Assembly (NCBI RefSeq): GCF_009914755.1
Contig: NC_060935.1
From: the human T2T-CHM13v2.0 reference genome, Homo sapiens
Direction: 5' to 3' (one strand)
DNA length: 64,000 nt
In this document: in pieces, positions 44,275 through 59,160 of the stretch
Layout of the letters: each line of letters starts with the position of its first letter
Numbering within the stretch: position 1 is the stretch's first letter
The notes under the pieces: generated by a model
Databases searched by the model: none
What the model was told of the DNA's origin: nothing
The model's input: the letters and a program-made list of their open reading frames with translations, nothing else
Position numbers and translations under genes: made by a program

Positions 44275-47200
44275 GTAGCAGAACTGGGACTGCCTTCATG
44301 CCCTCTGCCCACTCTACAGCAATAGTGGGAATTATGCCTTTACTGGAAACATCTGTACCTAGAAGGGAAAATAGGCAGAAGGGGAATGATACCATAGGAA
44401 GTAGTAGTCACTGTTTTATTCTATAAAAAATATAAATATGTTTAAGGAGTAATTAAAAATACTGTGACATCTAAGTGTTTATGACACCTTGGACTAAAGT
44501 TTCTAGGACTAGCTGTGAATATTTGAGTATTTTATTAATAATTATATGTTTGTGCTTAAGGATAGGCACTGAATCTTAAGTCATTTTTGTATTCCTAGCT
44601 CTTTTTACAGAACCTGACACTTGACACACATTCAATAAATGGTAACTAAATTAAAGCGCGATAAAGACTAATACTGGCACATGCACTAATTCCCAGTTGA
44701 CAATTCAATTGCTTTCATATTTATTATCGTCTTACTTGATGATGAAGATAGTCCTCATAGGAGGGCTATGCATCTTATTACCCCACTTTAAAGATAAGAT
44801 AGCTGAGGCTCAGAGAGGATAGGCAGCAATCCAAAGTATGTAATTAAAAGCAACAAAAGTGGGACATGAGCACTAAATCACATTATCTCTCGCCATGATT
44901 CGAAACTACATTTCCCACAAATGTCTTTCCTATGGTTAGTTCCTGAGCTAACCCTGAACTCTGTCAGTCTGTATCTCAGGATTAATTCCAGCTAGACTCT
45001 ATCTACCACCATCTCATGCACATGAAATGGCTGAAAGTCAATGCATATAAGAAACATCCTCTGGGTTTAGAAACAACTGCGTGGAATAAAAGTCTCTGTC
45101 AATTTTCAGATGTTAGCAACACATATTTTTCACCTTTAATATGTTAAAACAAGGATCGTTCAGCATTAACTGAGCACAGTAGACACTGAATGAAGACTCT
45201 GATAGAACAGACTGCCAACTACCCAGGGTATTTATATACATATGCAATAACCTAGAACTGTGAAAAGGCTTTCGAATTTAGTGGCAGGTAAGAGACTTAA
45301 TTACTTGTCAGTTTCTTGACTGTTCATTCTACTATGGCAAAACTGTAATTTTTTTTCCTCTATGGCTTTTGTCACTCTACCAGACACCAATTGTTGACCA
45401 ATTTTCATTCAAAGAGAACGTGTTAGTTTCTCTCAATGGAAACATACCCTGCCTCTTAATAGATTTTGCAAAGTGCCAAACTTGCTTTTGGCTCACAGTT
45501 GAGACCCTGGGAAGTCAGACTCATTATGGAATGAAGGTTTAAGCAGCTTTTTAACTACTGGAAGTCTCTAGAGGCAGAGCCATCACTCCATCTAATCTCC
45601 TCCCATCATCAGTGACTCATGGGGTCTCATTATCTTGTTTAGTACTTCAAATCTGAAGCAATTGTACTCATACCAAGGACATTGCTCTTTGCCACCAAGT
45701 AAAAAAGATAGCAAAAAAAATGTGCTAGTGTTAGCAGGCAATGCAGTTGTACAAAGAAAACTGACACACAAATCATTTATCATCATCAATAGGACCTGTC
45801 AAAATGGAGTGAAAGGGAAAATCTTTAGAAATTTCTTCCAATGTGCTAATGATACTTCTGTCCAAGATTGAAGGGGAGCCTAATGCTCCTAATATTAATT
45901 CGATTTTGAAATTTGATGCAATTTGGTTAACCACTCAACTCAAAGGTTCAGAGAAGGTGAGGTTTTACAAATTTGCTAAGCACACACAGATAATTTACTA
46001 TGTGCCCTACCCTACAGTATGGAATTTAGAAAAATTTAAAGTATTTAAATTCAGAAATTCTTCATCCCTTTCTTTTCTTACAGTTTCTTCACCTTCTCTT
46101 TCTCCTTTCTTGTCTTTATTTTTTTTTACATAATATTTATATAAATCTCCAATATTCAGTTTTTACTATAAACAGTACTTTACAACCCTACCCTTACTCT
46201 AGGGGATGTTTAGGGAAAAAATCCAAAACGTATTTATTTTTTATCAAAACTTTAACAAAATCGATTCTAAACGTGTTGCCATAAAATATTATTCATTGAA
46301 ATATATTAATTTCTGCAGAGAGGCAATTATTTCAACTTTCAATCAATTTTAGAGTTCTTCCTTTATATATGACACATCTTTATTGGTATGTTTTCTGTAC
46401 TATCAATGAGAGGGAAAAGAGTTGCTGAAACAACCATTATAAAAATAGTTTAAAACAGTTTATGTATTTGAAAGAGTCCTGCTTATTAGAAGAAGAAGAA
46501 GGCATTAAATACCCTTTTCCTCCAATAAGTGATTCTTCCAGGCACCTGTGAGGAGATAAAGAAAATGATTTGTGTTTTTCCTTTTCATCTATTGACATCA
46601 TCCTTTTTTCTGACTGGTAAATATAAACAAGTTGGAAAGCAAGGACGAATTATAAGAAGGCTGGTCTAAGCCTGCTCCCCAAACTGCAGAAAAAGAGCTT
46701 GATACTGAAATGAAACTATAAATCAAGGAGGGACAGTGTTCTCTTTTTTGGAAGACTTAGCTTCTCAGATAATATGTCCTGTTGTGATGAAATTTGAATA
46801 TGACAAAGTGACTATTATTCCTGCTATTTCTAAGGGAAGATGTCAGGGTGGAGGGGAAAGGGTGAGAGTTTGTAACGCTGTACCACTGTAGCGGATACTC
46901 CTGTCTTCTTGTACGTGAATGTATTGAATTGTAGTGACACAGCTGACAAAAAGAGTTATGTCTTTTCATGAGCTTGTATGTTTTATTGCTCACATTGCTC
47001 TTGAAGAAGAAGAAAATACAGGTGAATTCAATAAGCTATAAATTTTCCCTAGCATACAGTATGATACTGTCTTCTGCTGGAAGAGAAGGCAAAGGGGGCA
47101 CAAAGTGCCTCCGTACTATGAATGGAACATGTATCTGGGAGAGAAAGCGAGTGTTAAAATACCTAGACTTCTATCTGTCCTCCCCAAAATGAGACTCTCC

Positions 47201-47619
47201 CTTTACAGTTCCAAAACATGCCAGCAATCTACAGAAATAATGATGGCCACCAATATCACTGAACCAATAACTCTTTCTTCCTAAGATGTCAATTTTGTTT
47301 CCAAGTAAGCCAGCCACACTAGGAAAAGTGTGCAACGTCATGTTTACATTATTTTTAAAGAAGACAAAAACAGCATCCAAAAGTATTGGAAAATAAATCT
47401 AGTTTAATACAGAAGCACACATATTTCTCAATACACCCGCCTATAAATTGCCTTTAATATACTCACAAAGATATAAAAAAGGGCAAAAGCTAACAACTAG
47501 ACTATAAATGAAAAAATAAGACCATAATGCAAGGTGTAAGGGGAAATCTCGAATAACAACATAATCAATAAAGATGAATTTAGAAGAATATTTTAAAATT
47601 ATACATGCAAAAACTATGC

Positions 47620-47673
<54 letters not shown>

Positions 47674-47681
47674 ATATATAT
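47620..47681. repeat. (TG)n(TA)n(TG)n microsatellite
   Basis: Directly visible. Confidence 0.95.
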
Positions 47682-48029
47682 GAGTTTTGAGCCAGAATAG
47701 CCCAGATGGCCATAAGAAGCTCTAAAAGTAGTTTTATTCACTGTCCTCCCCCACAATTCTGCACTTCCCTAAAACAAATTTATATATCTATATCTATAAT
47801 ATATCTACCTACCTAACTATCTACACACACACCGCATACACACACATTACATACACACACAGGTCTATACACAGATACACATATATGCATATATACCCAT
47901 ATATATTTATTTTTCTGTTGTGTGGAAAGTAATTTCTGAATAGCCAGGTGTATTTCATTCTGTCACTTGCTCCAGACTACTTTTCCTATTTCCCATAGGT
48001 TCCTGTCTTACTATGTACATCTATTAAGA

Positions 48030-49180
48030 GACTATGTATTTATAAACTTTGCTTTAGTAACAAATGGCCACAAAATCCCACTGGCCTAGAACAACAAAGA
48101 TTTATTTCTCACACATGTTACATGTCAGCTGCAAGTTGATGATGGCTCAGCTGCAGCTCTTTTCAACTCAGCTGTATTCCAGAGATTTTCTTTATAATAG
48201 GATCTTGCTGAAGAAGCAGCTTCAGTATGGAGGATAATATTCTTGTGGCACAGGAAAAGGGTGAGAGTTGAGAAGATTTAGCACTGACCTTCAATTGACA
48301 TATTGCAATATGAAGATGGCATATTTTTTTCTCTACTAAGCCCCTGAGATTTTGAAATCACTTGTCAATATTTTAAAAATTGACTAAATAAAAGTTTGTT
48401 CTTAGATATGGGAACCTGTTAAAAAATAATTCCCAAAATATGTAACATTGGCTTCAGCGCTGGATGTTGAACAGGGAGGAAATTGTTAATGAAGATTAGC
48501 AAAATTATTTGTGTTGGACTCTATTCCTTTCTGTCCCCAACTTAGAGTGTTATGCAATGGAAAAATATTTTACATGATTTCCTAAGATAATTGGGAAGGC
48601 AAATAGCATTTCATAGCTTTAGGCAAAGGAATAGCAAAACTGAATTTTTCCAGTTTTCCTTAATTTTTATTAGGTGCACTTGTTATTCAGCACTAGAAGA
48701 CTAACAGTAACAGAAGGCATTATAATATTTATATGTAATTTGTAAAATGTACTGAGCTTGGGAAAAAAAATTTGTGTAAGCAAAGGACAGACTCAGAGTA
48801 CTCAAGGAATAATGTATGAAAACAGGTTCATGCCCTGAACATAATGTCAAAGAGACCAAGTATCATTTCTTTGAAACTCCTTTACACACAGAACGCTGTA
48901 TTTTCCAGCCTCCCTTGCATTTAGATGTGGCCATGTGACTAACTTTAAGCCAATGGGATTTTGAAGGAAATGATTTACAGCACTTTAATGCTTGGCCTCT
49001 AAAGCCTCCCCATGGATGACCTGTGTCATCCATGAATGACTGATCCTGAATGACTACAGAGAGCAGCATCCCTTGTCAATGCCTGCTGATCAAATTTCAT
49101 ATCAAGATAGATAGACTTCTATTAAATGAAATTATGGAGACTAAGAGTTGTAGCACATAGCAATACCTTATCTAATGTTC
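48030..49180. mobile_element. Old MLT1 (J/K/I-like) LTR pieces with MLT1-internal sequence
   Basis: gtaacaaatggccacaaaatcc...acaacaaagatttatttctc; cccaaaatatgtaacattggcttc; ttttccagcctcccttgcatttagatgtggccatgtgactaa. Confidence 0.6.
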
Positions 49181-49468
49181 ATATTGGAAACATTATAATT
49201 GCCTAAGTACTTCACAAGTGACTGGGCAGTTGACTATTTTTAACTAATAACAAAATCAAAGTGTGGGAGGTTCTTAAAGGAGCAAGAAGTATTAAACTTA
49301 GATTTTTCCTTCAATGTTAACTAGAGTAAAAGGGAAAAAAGTGTACATTAATTTTATGTGATTCTCTACAAAAAAGATCCTGAAGCCAAGAAATTTGTAA
49401 AAGATGGCCTCTCTGTGAGCTGTCTTAAAGATTAAACACTCTAAGAATCCAGGTGCTCAAAACAAAAC

Positions 49469-49692
49469 CAGGTATCTGCAAACTACAGCACAAGAACCAA
49501 GTCTGGCCCACTGCCTGTTTTTGTAAACAAAGCTTTATTAGAACACAATCATACTTATTTATTTATGTACTTGCCTATGATTGCTTTCACACTACAACAA
49601 CAGAGGTGAAGAAGTTACAACAGTCTGCATACGTCGGAAAGCCAAAAATATTTACTATCTGGACCTTTATGGAAAAGTTTGCTGATTCCCAA
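49469..49692 (+). mobile_element. MER58A hAT-Charlie MITE
   Basis: gcaaactacagc...ctggcccactgcctgtttttgtaaacaaag...aaaatatttactatctggacctttatggaaaagtttgctga. Confidence 0.9.
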
Positions 49693-50577
49693 ATACAACA
49701 AAACAAAACCAACAATCTGATTAATATCCTACCTTATTTGTCCGTGAAATATGTTATTTTATGTTAAATATGCTTGTTTTTACAAGAAGGGCATTATTTA
49801 AAAATCCCTATCTTTTGAGGGGGAAAACGCTTTGATTTAAGAAACGTAAACCCAAGTAAGTTTCTACTTCTTTGTGAAGGTAAGAAAAAGTTGTCATCTG
49901 ATATTTTATGTGTCTGATAATTGCAAAAACTCCTGAGGAAAAAAAAACTTGATGTATCACAGGAAAGAAATAATGTAGTATTTTGGTTATATACATAGGA
50001 TTTAGAGATAGCCTGACTTTGTAGTACAGATTACTCCATCAGCTCTATAGTTCCTCGATGTCTTCATGTCCAAAATAGGTTTAATAATAAAGAAACAATG
50101 TGTATTAAAGTAGGTAATTCATAAAAGATACTTAGAACAGTGCATATCAAAGAAGAAATGATCAATATATTTGTTATTTTTTTAAGAGAGCAAGAAAAAA
50201 TAATGCACATCAAAATTCGAAAGCCACAAATCATAACATGAAAATTTTTAAGAGCAGTGAAACATAGTACTCAATATGCAGTTTATCATTAATAACCTAG
50301 GTAACATTGGGTAGAAGACTGAATGCAAAAACAGTTCTAAATCAGAAGTATTTGATATATAATATAAATAATAAAATCATTCCGTAAGCTTTAAAACAAT
50401 TAAATTGTAATATAATGTGATAATAGAAAACAGAGAAAGGAAAAATGCCTGAAACTATTTTTAAAATTCTGTGTCTTTCTTTCTCTCCCTCTCTATCTAT
50501 CAATCTATCTTAAGCAAACATTTTTTTCTAAAACAATATTCAGTGCTGATGGCATGTTGATAAAGACATATTAATTA

Positions 50578-51077
<500 letters not shown>

Positions 51078-52584
51078 AACAACGATATAAATATTTATAT
51101 ATTTTTAATTCTTACATATATAAGATATGTATACATTCAATTGAATACATATATTCAATTCTTACATATATATGTGTATATAGATACACTATATATATGT
51201 GGGCATATATATATATATGTATAAAATACATAAATATTTGTGTTTTCTGGTGCTGCTCTGAAGAAATTATTTTCCAATTACCATGGCAATGACTGGCTAA
51301 CTTTATAGCTGGGTATGAGATTATTTAGAGAATGGTTGCACTGATATTTATCTTGAGCTGAATAGCTGAATAATTGGAATATGCCGTTTTGAGTAGTTCA
51401 AGCCAGCTGACTACAACTTCTCTTCTTATTTTTCACTAAAAGTCTTGGGTATTTCATACTATCATTGTTATTTTATTTTTAAACCAAATGATTTTGCAAA
51501 ATGTCTGGCACATCTCTTCTCCCATCTGGAATCAAGAGACACTCAAAGGTTAAAAATTAATCCTACTTGAGCAAAAGATGGGTTTGTTATTCTGGTTACT
51601 CAATCTTCCTGATGAAGATGTTTTTTTCTGGACAGCTAGATCATAAGATAAAAATAGCCATGAGATGGTATTGACCAGACTTTTTTCTCTCCTTTGAGAA
51701 AAAGTTGATTTTACTTTTAGAAGAAGCCTATTCAGGGACTCTACAACTGCGTTGTTTTTCTAATTCAGTATCCTTTTTTGTTACTTTGATGTAAAATTTT
51801 TCTGCAAGAGGACTATCCATAATTTAATTATTATTTTTTTCTTCTTATATCTAATTATATTCAGCAGGAAGGAATCTGCCGGCAGAAATAAGCATAGTAA
51901 CCTTCTCATCTGAGCTGAGAATTGGGAGTATTGGGAAACATACTCTAAACATACTTTCTTTCATAGATTCCTCAGCCTCCACGGTATGCGGCTACTACAT
52001 TTATATTTTATGTGTATAGATGTATGTTGTTTAATAATGTATAGAGGTGGATACACTTGCAACAAGGCAATGCGATGTTCTCATTTGATCTACTTTGGTA
52101 GACTCACTCTCTGTCAGGAAATTTACTGCGATAATGTGCACAATAAATATTTAATAGCATTGGAGACATCAGAGTCTATTTTTCTTTGAAGAGTGCTTAA
52201 TTATGTCAATTTCCCGTGATGAGATGCTAAAGTCAGTATTATTTGAATTTGGAGTAACTAGGTAGAGATGACGAAATCCTTGCTTGTGGCTCCCCTTCCA
52301 CAAAAAGTCAATGTGCGTATAAGTTTAAGCAGGCAATATAGCAGAACCACAATCTCGTTAATTTGGGTCACACTAATTAAATATTTGTGATACTTCAGCT
52401 GTGCTTGAGCTAAAGTTTACTAGTACTATCAACGAAGAGAGGGTTGGTTAAGCTAAACATGAGAATAAACAACACAGGATTTTAAAAGTTACATCTATTT
52501 TTACTGTGTCCTCTATATTCATGTAATTTGATAGCTTCTTATTTGCCTATATAAATTTAGATATATAGATTATTTGCCTCCATG

Positions 52585-52657
52585 TTAGGTTGAATCATAG
52601 GTTGACATTTGATAATTTTGGCCTAAATATGGGCAATTTTATATGGGTCAATTTATA
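52585..52657. mobile_element. MADE2-like mariner MITE
   Basis: Degenerate inverted termini ttaggttgaatcata...ggcaattttatatgggtcaatttata. Confidence 0.65.
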
Positions 52658-54596
52658 AGCTTTAATCCTCTCAGTACAGAAGATCTGATGACAGACAAAG
52701 CAATATTTCTGTCAATTCCTTGTAGATGATGACAGACCATGCTATATTCTTGCTACGTTTTTCTTACATTATCACTAGAACATTCTAAGCCAAGACCTTA
52801 GATGATGGAAAAGTTGATAGGATAAGCAACAGAGTTCCACTTGGCTTTCCAAATAGTTGCATGCATTTGGCCTTAATCTTGAGAGTTATAACTTGTAACT
52901 CTCAGTAAAGTCAGAACATATGGCATCACTATGAAGAAGAAACTACAACGTGGCTCTCTGTGCATGATGACAGTTTTGACTCAAATATCTCATTGCAATG
53001 TTATTTTTACATCCTCCAAAGAACAAACTTTTTAAAGTATGTATTTTCTACTGGACAAAATAAACAATATTAGACTTTCAGGAGAACTTTTCTTTGGAAA
53101 AGTCTTTTTACAGAAATGTAGTAATGATTAGAATAGAAAGCAAAATATATAAACTATGTATAAAAAGAACCGCTTATATTACTGAATACCAAACATGTCT
53201 TATTTTAATAATAATAATTCGACACAAGATTTTCACAGAGTTATGAAGTTTCGCTTGAAGATTTCATGAGGTATACCAAGTAAAAGATTTTTTAAATCCC
53301 TAGAGTAAAGAAGTGGATACTATCAAATTTAACCCATGCATATCTGAGTGTTACAGGTAATGATTTTTACCTGGTGGTAGATTCTTTGAAGACAGAGAAG
53401 ATATCATACACATCTGCAGATCCCCCAGAATATCTTATAGACCATCGGACACAAAATCTGTGCTTTAAAACACATTTATCAAATTGTATCCTTCTCTGTA
53501 TCATGTCTCAGAGACATACCTGGCCCATCTGTGTGTTTCATCCCCTATTCACAATGTTGGTGCAATGATAGACAAGTGAGTCATACCAGGTCAGTGGTAC
53601 CTAATAATGGGACTTTTGCTCAAATTATTGGCAAACATGGAAGAAGAAATATTCTTCCATATTTTTAATAATACAGCTCATCATCCCTCATCCTTTCAAA
53701 TAATATCTGCGGACACCCATCGTGTATCAGACTCTACAAACCACAAGTGAAAAATCTCCCCAGAAGAAAACTGAGAGAAAATGAGAGCATGACAACATCA
53801 TTTGAGTATCAGAATGTAGTTCTAACTGAAAGCTATTACTAAAGTTTATAGTTTATTTAATTTAAGGCAGTATTTTAGATTGCCAGCGGCAACAAAGAAG
53901 ACACCTGAATAGCATAAAACGTTTTCCAAATTGAGGTTTCTTGGGTTCAGACATCATTTAGACAATGTTAGTATACCTTACACCCAACTCATATAGTTCT
54001 GGGGAGATAAAAATTAGTAGTCACATTACACATGCATCCTTACATTTAAGTAATACAAATCAAATTATTGGCACATAGACATACCCCTACAGACATAAAA
54101 GCACATGTAAATTTTATACATATATACATACATGCATCAGTGTATATACATGCAGGTATGTATACAATTTAAATTGTTCGGATACTTCTCTCTGTACTTC
54201 TGCTATTTCCTCAGATGATTTTAGTATGTGTATTCTTTTCATACTGTAGTTTATGCTGACATTTATAAGTTTAAATGAGTATTTTTTATATAATAGACAT
54301 AGTTTCCTAGGGAATTGTAATTTTAAAAATACCCCGAGTCACTGAAATGTTGTTTATAACAGTTAAAGAATGCAGATCTATAAATTCCCACTGCATTAGT
54401 GTTAAATTACAGTAACTCTGTAATACAGAATATTATAAAGTAATTAAAAATGAGAAAGGGTTACAAAAATTAAAAATATTTCATGAATAAAACCTACATG
54501 TTAGTATGTTTTTAAAATCTCATATTTCTGAAAAATAGAAGATATATGTATATTTATAGTCATAATATTCACATATGAATTAACATCACATAAATT

Positions 54597-54628
54597 CACA
54601 CACACATACACACACACACACACACACA
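54597..54628. repeat. (CA)n microsatellite
   Basis: Directly visible. Confidence 0.9.
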
Positions 54629-55129
54629 GGTCCAAGAGTCACTATATACATCTTTTCATAGTGATTAGGCATGGGAGCCTAACTGTTCAATATTTTAAAA
54701 AGTAAGCAATTGGAATTTGCTGTAGTACTCACTTAATTTACCCTTTAATAACAAGAAGAAGAAAATCCAAGAGACCTGACCTTACCGGTCAAAATCCACT
54801 GACCATCAATTAATAATCATCAGTGCAAATTGGCTGCCTATTTTGTGTTGTGTCATTATCTTCTGCATGTGACACTTTCAACTTTTATTATATCGACAGT
54901 AATTAAAGTCCACCTATAGCAGGCCATCTGCAAAATGTGGGCAGTAGAGGCAGTGAAATAAGACATTTGGTTATGTTCAAAGTGTGTCCCTTTTCTCATT
55001 GTTTAGACAAAACTCTTACATGTCTTGGCCCTAAATTTTTATTATGACCCCAGTTTAATTCAGGCTTAATTCATCCTGCCCTTGGCTCTATTCTGTCTTT
55101 TTGTGATTGTATGTGGCCCTATTTTAAAA

Positions 55130-55572
55130 TATTATTTTAAATTGATAAATAATAATGTAATTTATGTAGTACAATGTGATATTTTGTTATACATATACAA
55201 TGTGGAGTGATTATATCAAGCTAATCAATCAAGCTAAACACATCAATCACTTCTCTTACATGGACATTTTTTGTAATGATATATTTGAAATGTACTCTCA
55301 GTTATTTTAAAATATACAATATGTTATTTTTGACTAAAGTCACCCTACTGTACAATGAGTCTCAAAACTTACTCTTCCAGTCTAGCTGAAATGCCGTACA
55401 CTTTGACCAGTCACTCCCCATTCCATCACCCTCCCACCTCCATCCTCAGTCTCTAGTAACCACTATTCTACTCCTACTTCTATGAATTCAACATTTTTAG
55501 ATTCCACATATAAGTGGGATCATGCAGTATTGGTCTTTCCATGCCTGGATTCTTTTATTTAGCTTAATGTCC
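55130..55572 (-). mobile_element. L1MA9-like 3' end
   Basis: tagtacaatgtgatattttg...gtaaccactattctact...ttagattccacatataagtgggatcatgcagtatt. Confidence 0.85.
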
Positions 55573-55839
55573 CTGTTTTGATCTCTGCAGCCATTGTAAT
55601 GTTAGAACAGTCTCGTTCATTCTATTCATTGTAAGTACTCCAAGATTCCCATCTTTGGGGGCTGCAAATAAAGCCCTATGTAACAAATAATCTGTTTCAG
55701 GAAGAATTTTCTAGCACTAAGAAATGAGACTATGGAAGCAACTATTTATTCCATCTATGCACAAGGTTTTAAGTGCTTCCAAGAAATCTAAATTTGGCCT
55801 CCTCATTTAAAAGATAAACAACTCCACTACCATCTATGT

Positions 55840-56653
<814 letters not shown>

Positions 56654-58699
56654 TAGTCTATGATTTTTTTGTTGTGTACACCATAAGTTAAAAATAAAGA
56701 GTAATTGCTCCTAGGAGTCTATTACTTAATTATAAATGATATATCTCTGTATTATGTATACTGTGTGTGCTATAAATCGTACACAAACAAAAATAAATAA
56801 TACAAGATAACAATAAATGTGTATAGCTGTTCTCTATTTTCCTCTAGTATCCCAGTGAATTGTTCTGAACATCCCTGATGCTGGCTCACTTTCGTTTGAA
56901 GTTTATTGTTTCAGTGAATAAAATCCACTCGTTTTCTTTGGTCATTTCTTCCTTTGGCCCACTTTGAATCCTGTTCTTCCTTCTACCATAGACCTTATAA
57001 TGAAGAGTTGTGATTTATAGTTTATGTGTGATAGGGATAAGATATAGGTAGGGTTAAGATTAGGTTTAAGGTTACAGGCTGAGCTTCTTGACAGCTGAAT
57101 ATAATACGGTCTTTGTTTTCACAAACTGAGTACTCAGCACATTACTTGGAGTATGTTTGCTAAATAAATTAATGAATTAATGTAAATAAGTGTTAACATA
57201 TGAATTAGTTTAGATTGAGCTTTCTAAATATAAAATGGATTTGATTGGATTGGCCCTGGTCTGAAGTTTACTTTTGCACTTTAATACAATATACACTATA
57301 ATAATTGATATTATCTTAAAAATTTCTGCTTGAAAGGATAAAAAATTATCTAGCATTTAGGAGACACCTGCTACCTAAAAATGCCCTAATTATAGGTGAC
57401 TGTTATCTATTTATTTGTCAGGTCCCTTGGAATCTCGAATCAGAAATATTTTCTATACAAGCAATACATACAACCGTGTGTATTTAGAAAAGTAATAAAA
57501 TGGAATTTTATTATAATTCTATGTTTTGGATTCTGGTTGTCTTCAAAGTAATATGTTTTCATTTGTTTATGCTCTTAAGTTTCTGGGAAATAGATGCTGG
57601 CAGGAATTATCATATTTTAAGAAAGATTACTGTTGTGTTTTCAACAGCTTAAATTGCTTGAGTTAGAAATATTGAAGGACTTGAAAGCACGTTTTCATGA
57701 TTTCCTTCAGACACATTTCTTTTATCTGGATGCCTACTGATTAACTGCCTTCGCAGAGATAAATAAGAGCCTTCAACCCCGGTTTCAGCACTGATTCCAC
57801 TGGAAGACACAAGAGGCTATGCATTTTGCAAATTTACATTAGCTGCACAGTTTCAAAAAATGTCCTCCTGAGGCAAGCTACAAAAAGTTCTCAAGATAGA
57901 GGTAAGATTTTTATCATCATACATTTATGATCGTGAATTTTTTAATTGGCTTTAGAAAGAAAAAAATGTTCATTAAGCATGAAAAGGAGGTAAGCATGGA
58001 AAAAGAAAAAACACTAACATAAATCTAAATTAATTGCTCTAATATTTTTGAAAGCAAGCCAAAATTAAACCGAGATACGAACTTTTTAATATAATTTGTT
58101 TCTCTTCCCCAAAGCAGATGTCACTGCCACTTTGGCCAGAGTTCTACAAGGAAAAATCATTATCCTTAGGGATAACCTCAGAACCAAAGGAGACTTTGCC
58201 ATTTAAAAATTTCAATACCAGTTTCTACTTTCCAAGTTTCCGAGTGTGCCACACAGGATCTCTGGTTGCCGTTAGTTCTCTAAGACATTTTCCATGAAAG
58301 TAAATCATTAATAATAGCAATTAATATGTTCAGGGAGATTTTTCCTTTCCAAAGTGCTTTACAAACATTCTTTAATCCCACAAGCTAAAAGCACACTTTA
58401 TTCACCTGAAGTTTACAGTAAGGTTTGGAATTTGTTCGAAGATGACATTGTTTACTGACCCCCAATGGGGGCTTGATTATCAGCATGTAAAACAGACAAA
58501 AGAGGCAAAAAAGGGGATGAGGATCACAAAAAGAGAGAAGTGAAAATAAATCATATTCAATAAAATGTGATGTGTATTACTGAGAAGCTTTTATGCATCA
58601 GACGTTGATTCAGACATAGATGACCAATACAAGATGACTATTATTAGGACCAAGCTGGAAGGCTTTGCCAAATTGAAATTTTCTATACCTATGGTTAGA

Positions 58700-59160
58700 T
58701 AATGGAAGTGCAGGGTCTTATGAGACTTTATAGACTGGAGATATTTTATCCATATTTGGTGTGAAAAAGCATAATTGAGAAGGTAGTATTTGAAGAGTTC
58801 TGAAGGATGGACAACATTTCAGTAAGCACAGTTGGAAGCACAGAAGGCATTCTCCATAGAAAGGCAGATGTGAGCCCAGGTATGGATCAATATTCAGGAA
58901 AGTCTGTCCTGGAAAAGAATACAAGGAACCGTTTGGCTGAAAGTATTAAAGTGCTTGGGGTATGAAGTGGAGGCGATACTGAAAAACATGTGTCTGGCTA
59001 GATTGTAGTAGACTGTACTGTAGCAAAAGAAGGCAAGGCACAATTCAGTAGGTGGTGAGAGTCCTTGAATGTGTTTTAGCCCAGGAGGAAAGTGATCAGA
59101 TTTTTGCATTGCTAACAGCATTCTGCTAAAAACAGAACTTTACAGCAGTGTTGAGAAATG
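58700..59160 (-). mobile_element. L2 LINE fragment
   Basis: gaaggcattctccatagaaaggcagatgtgagc...tgttttagcccaggaggaaagtgatcagatttttgcatt. Confidence 0.6.
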
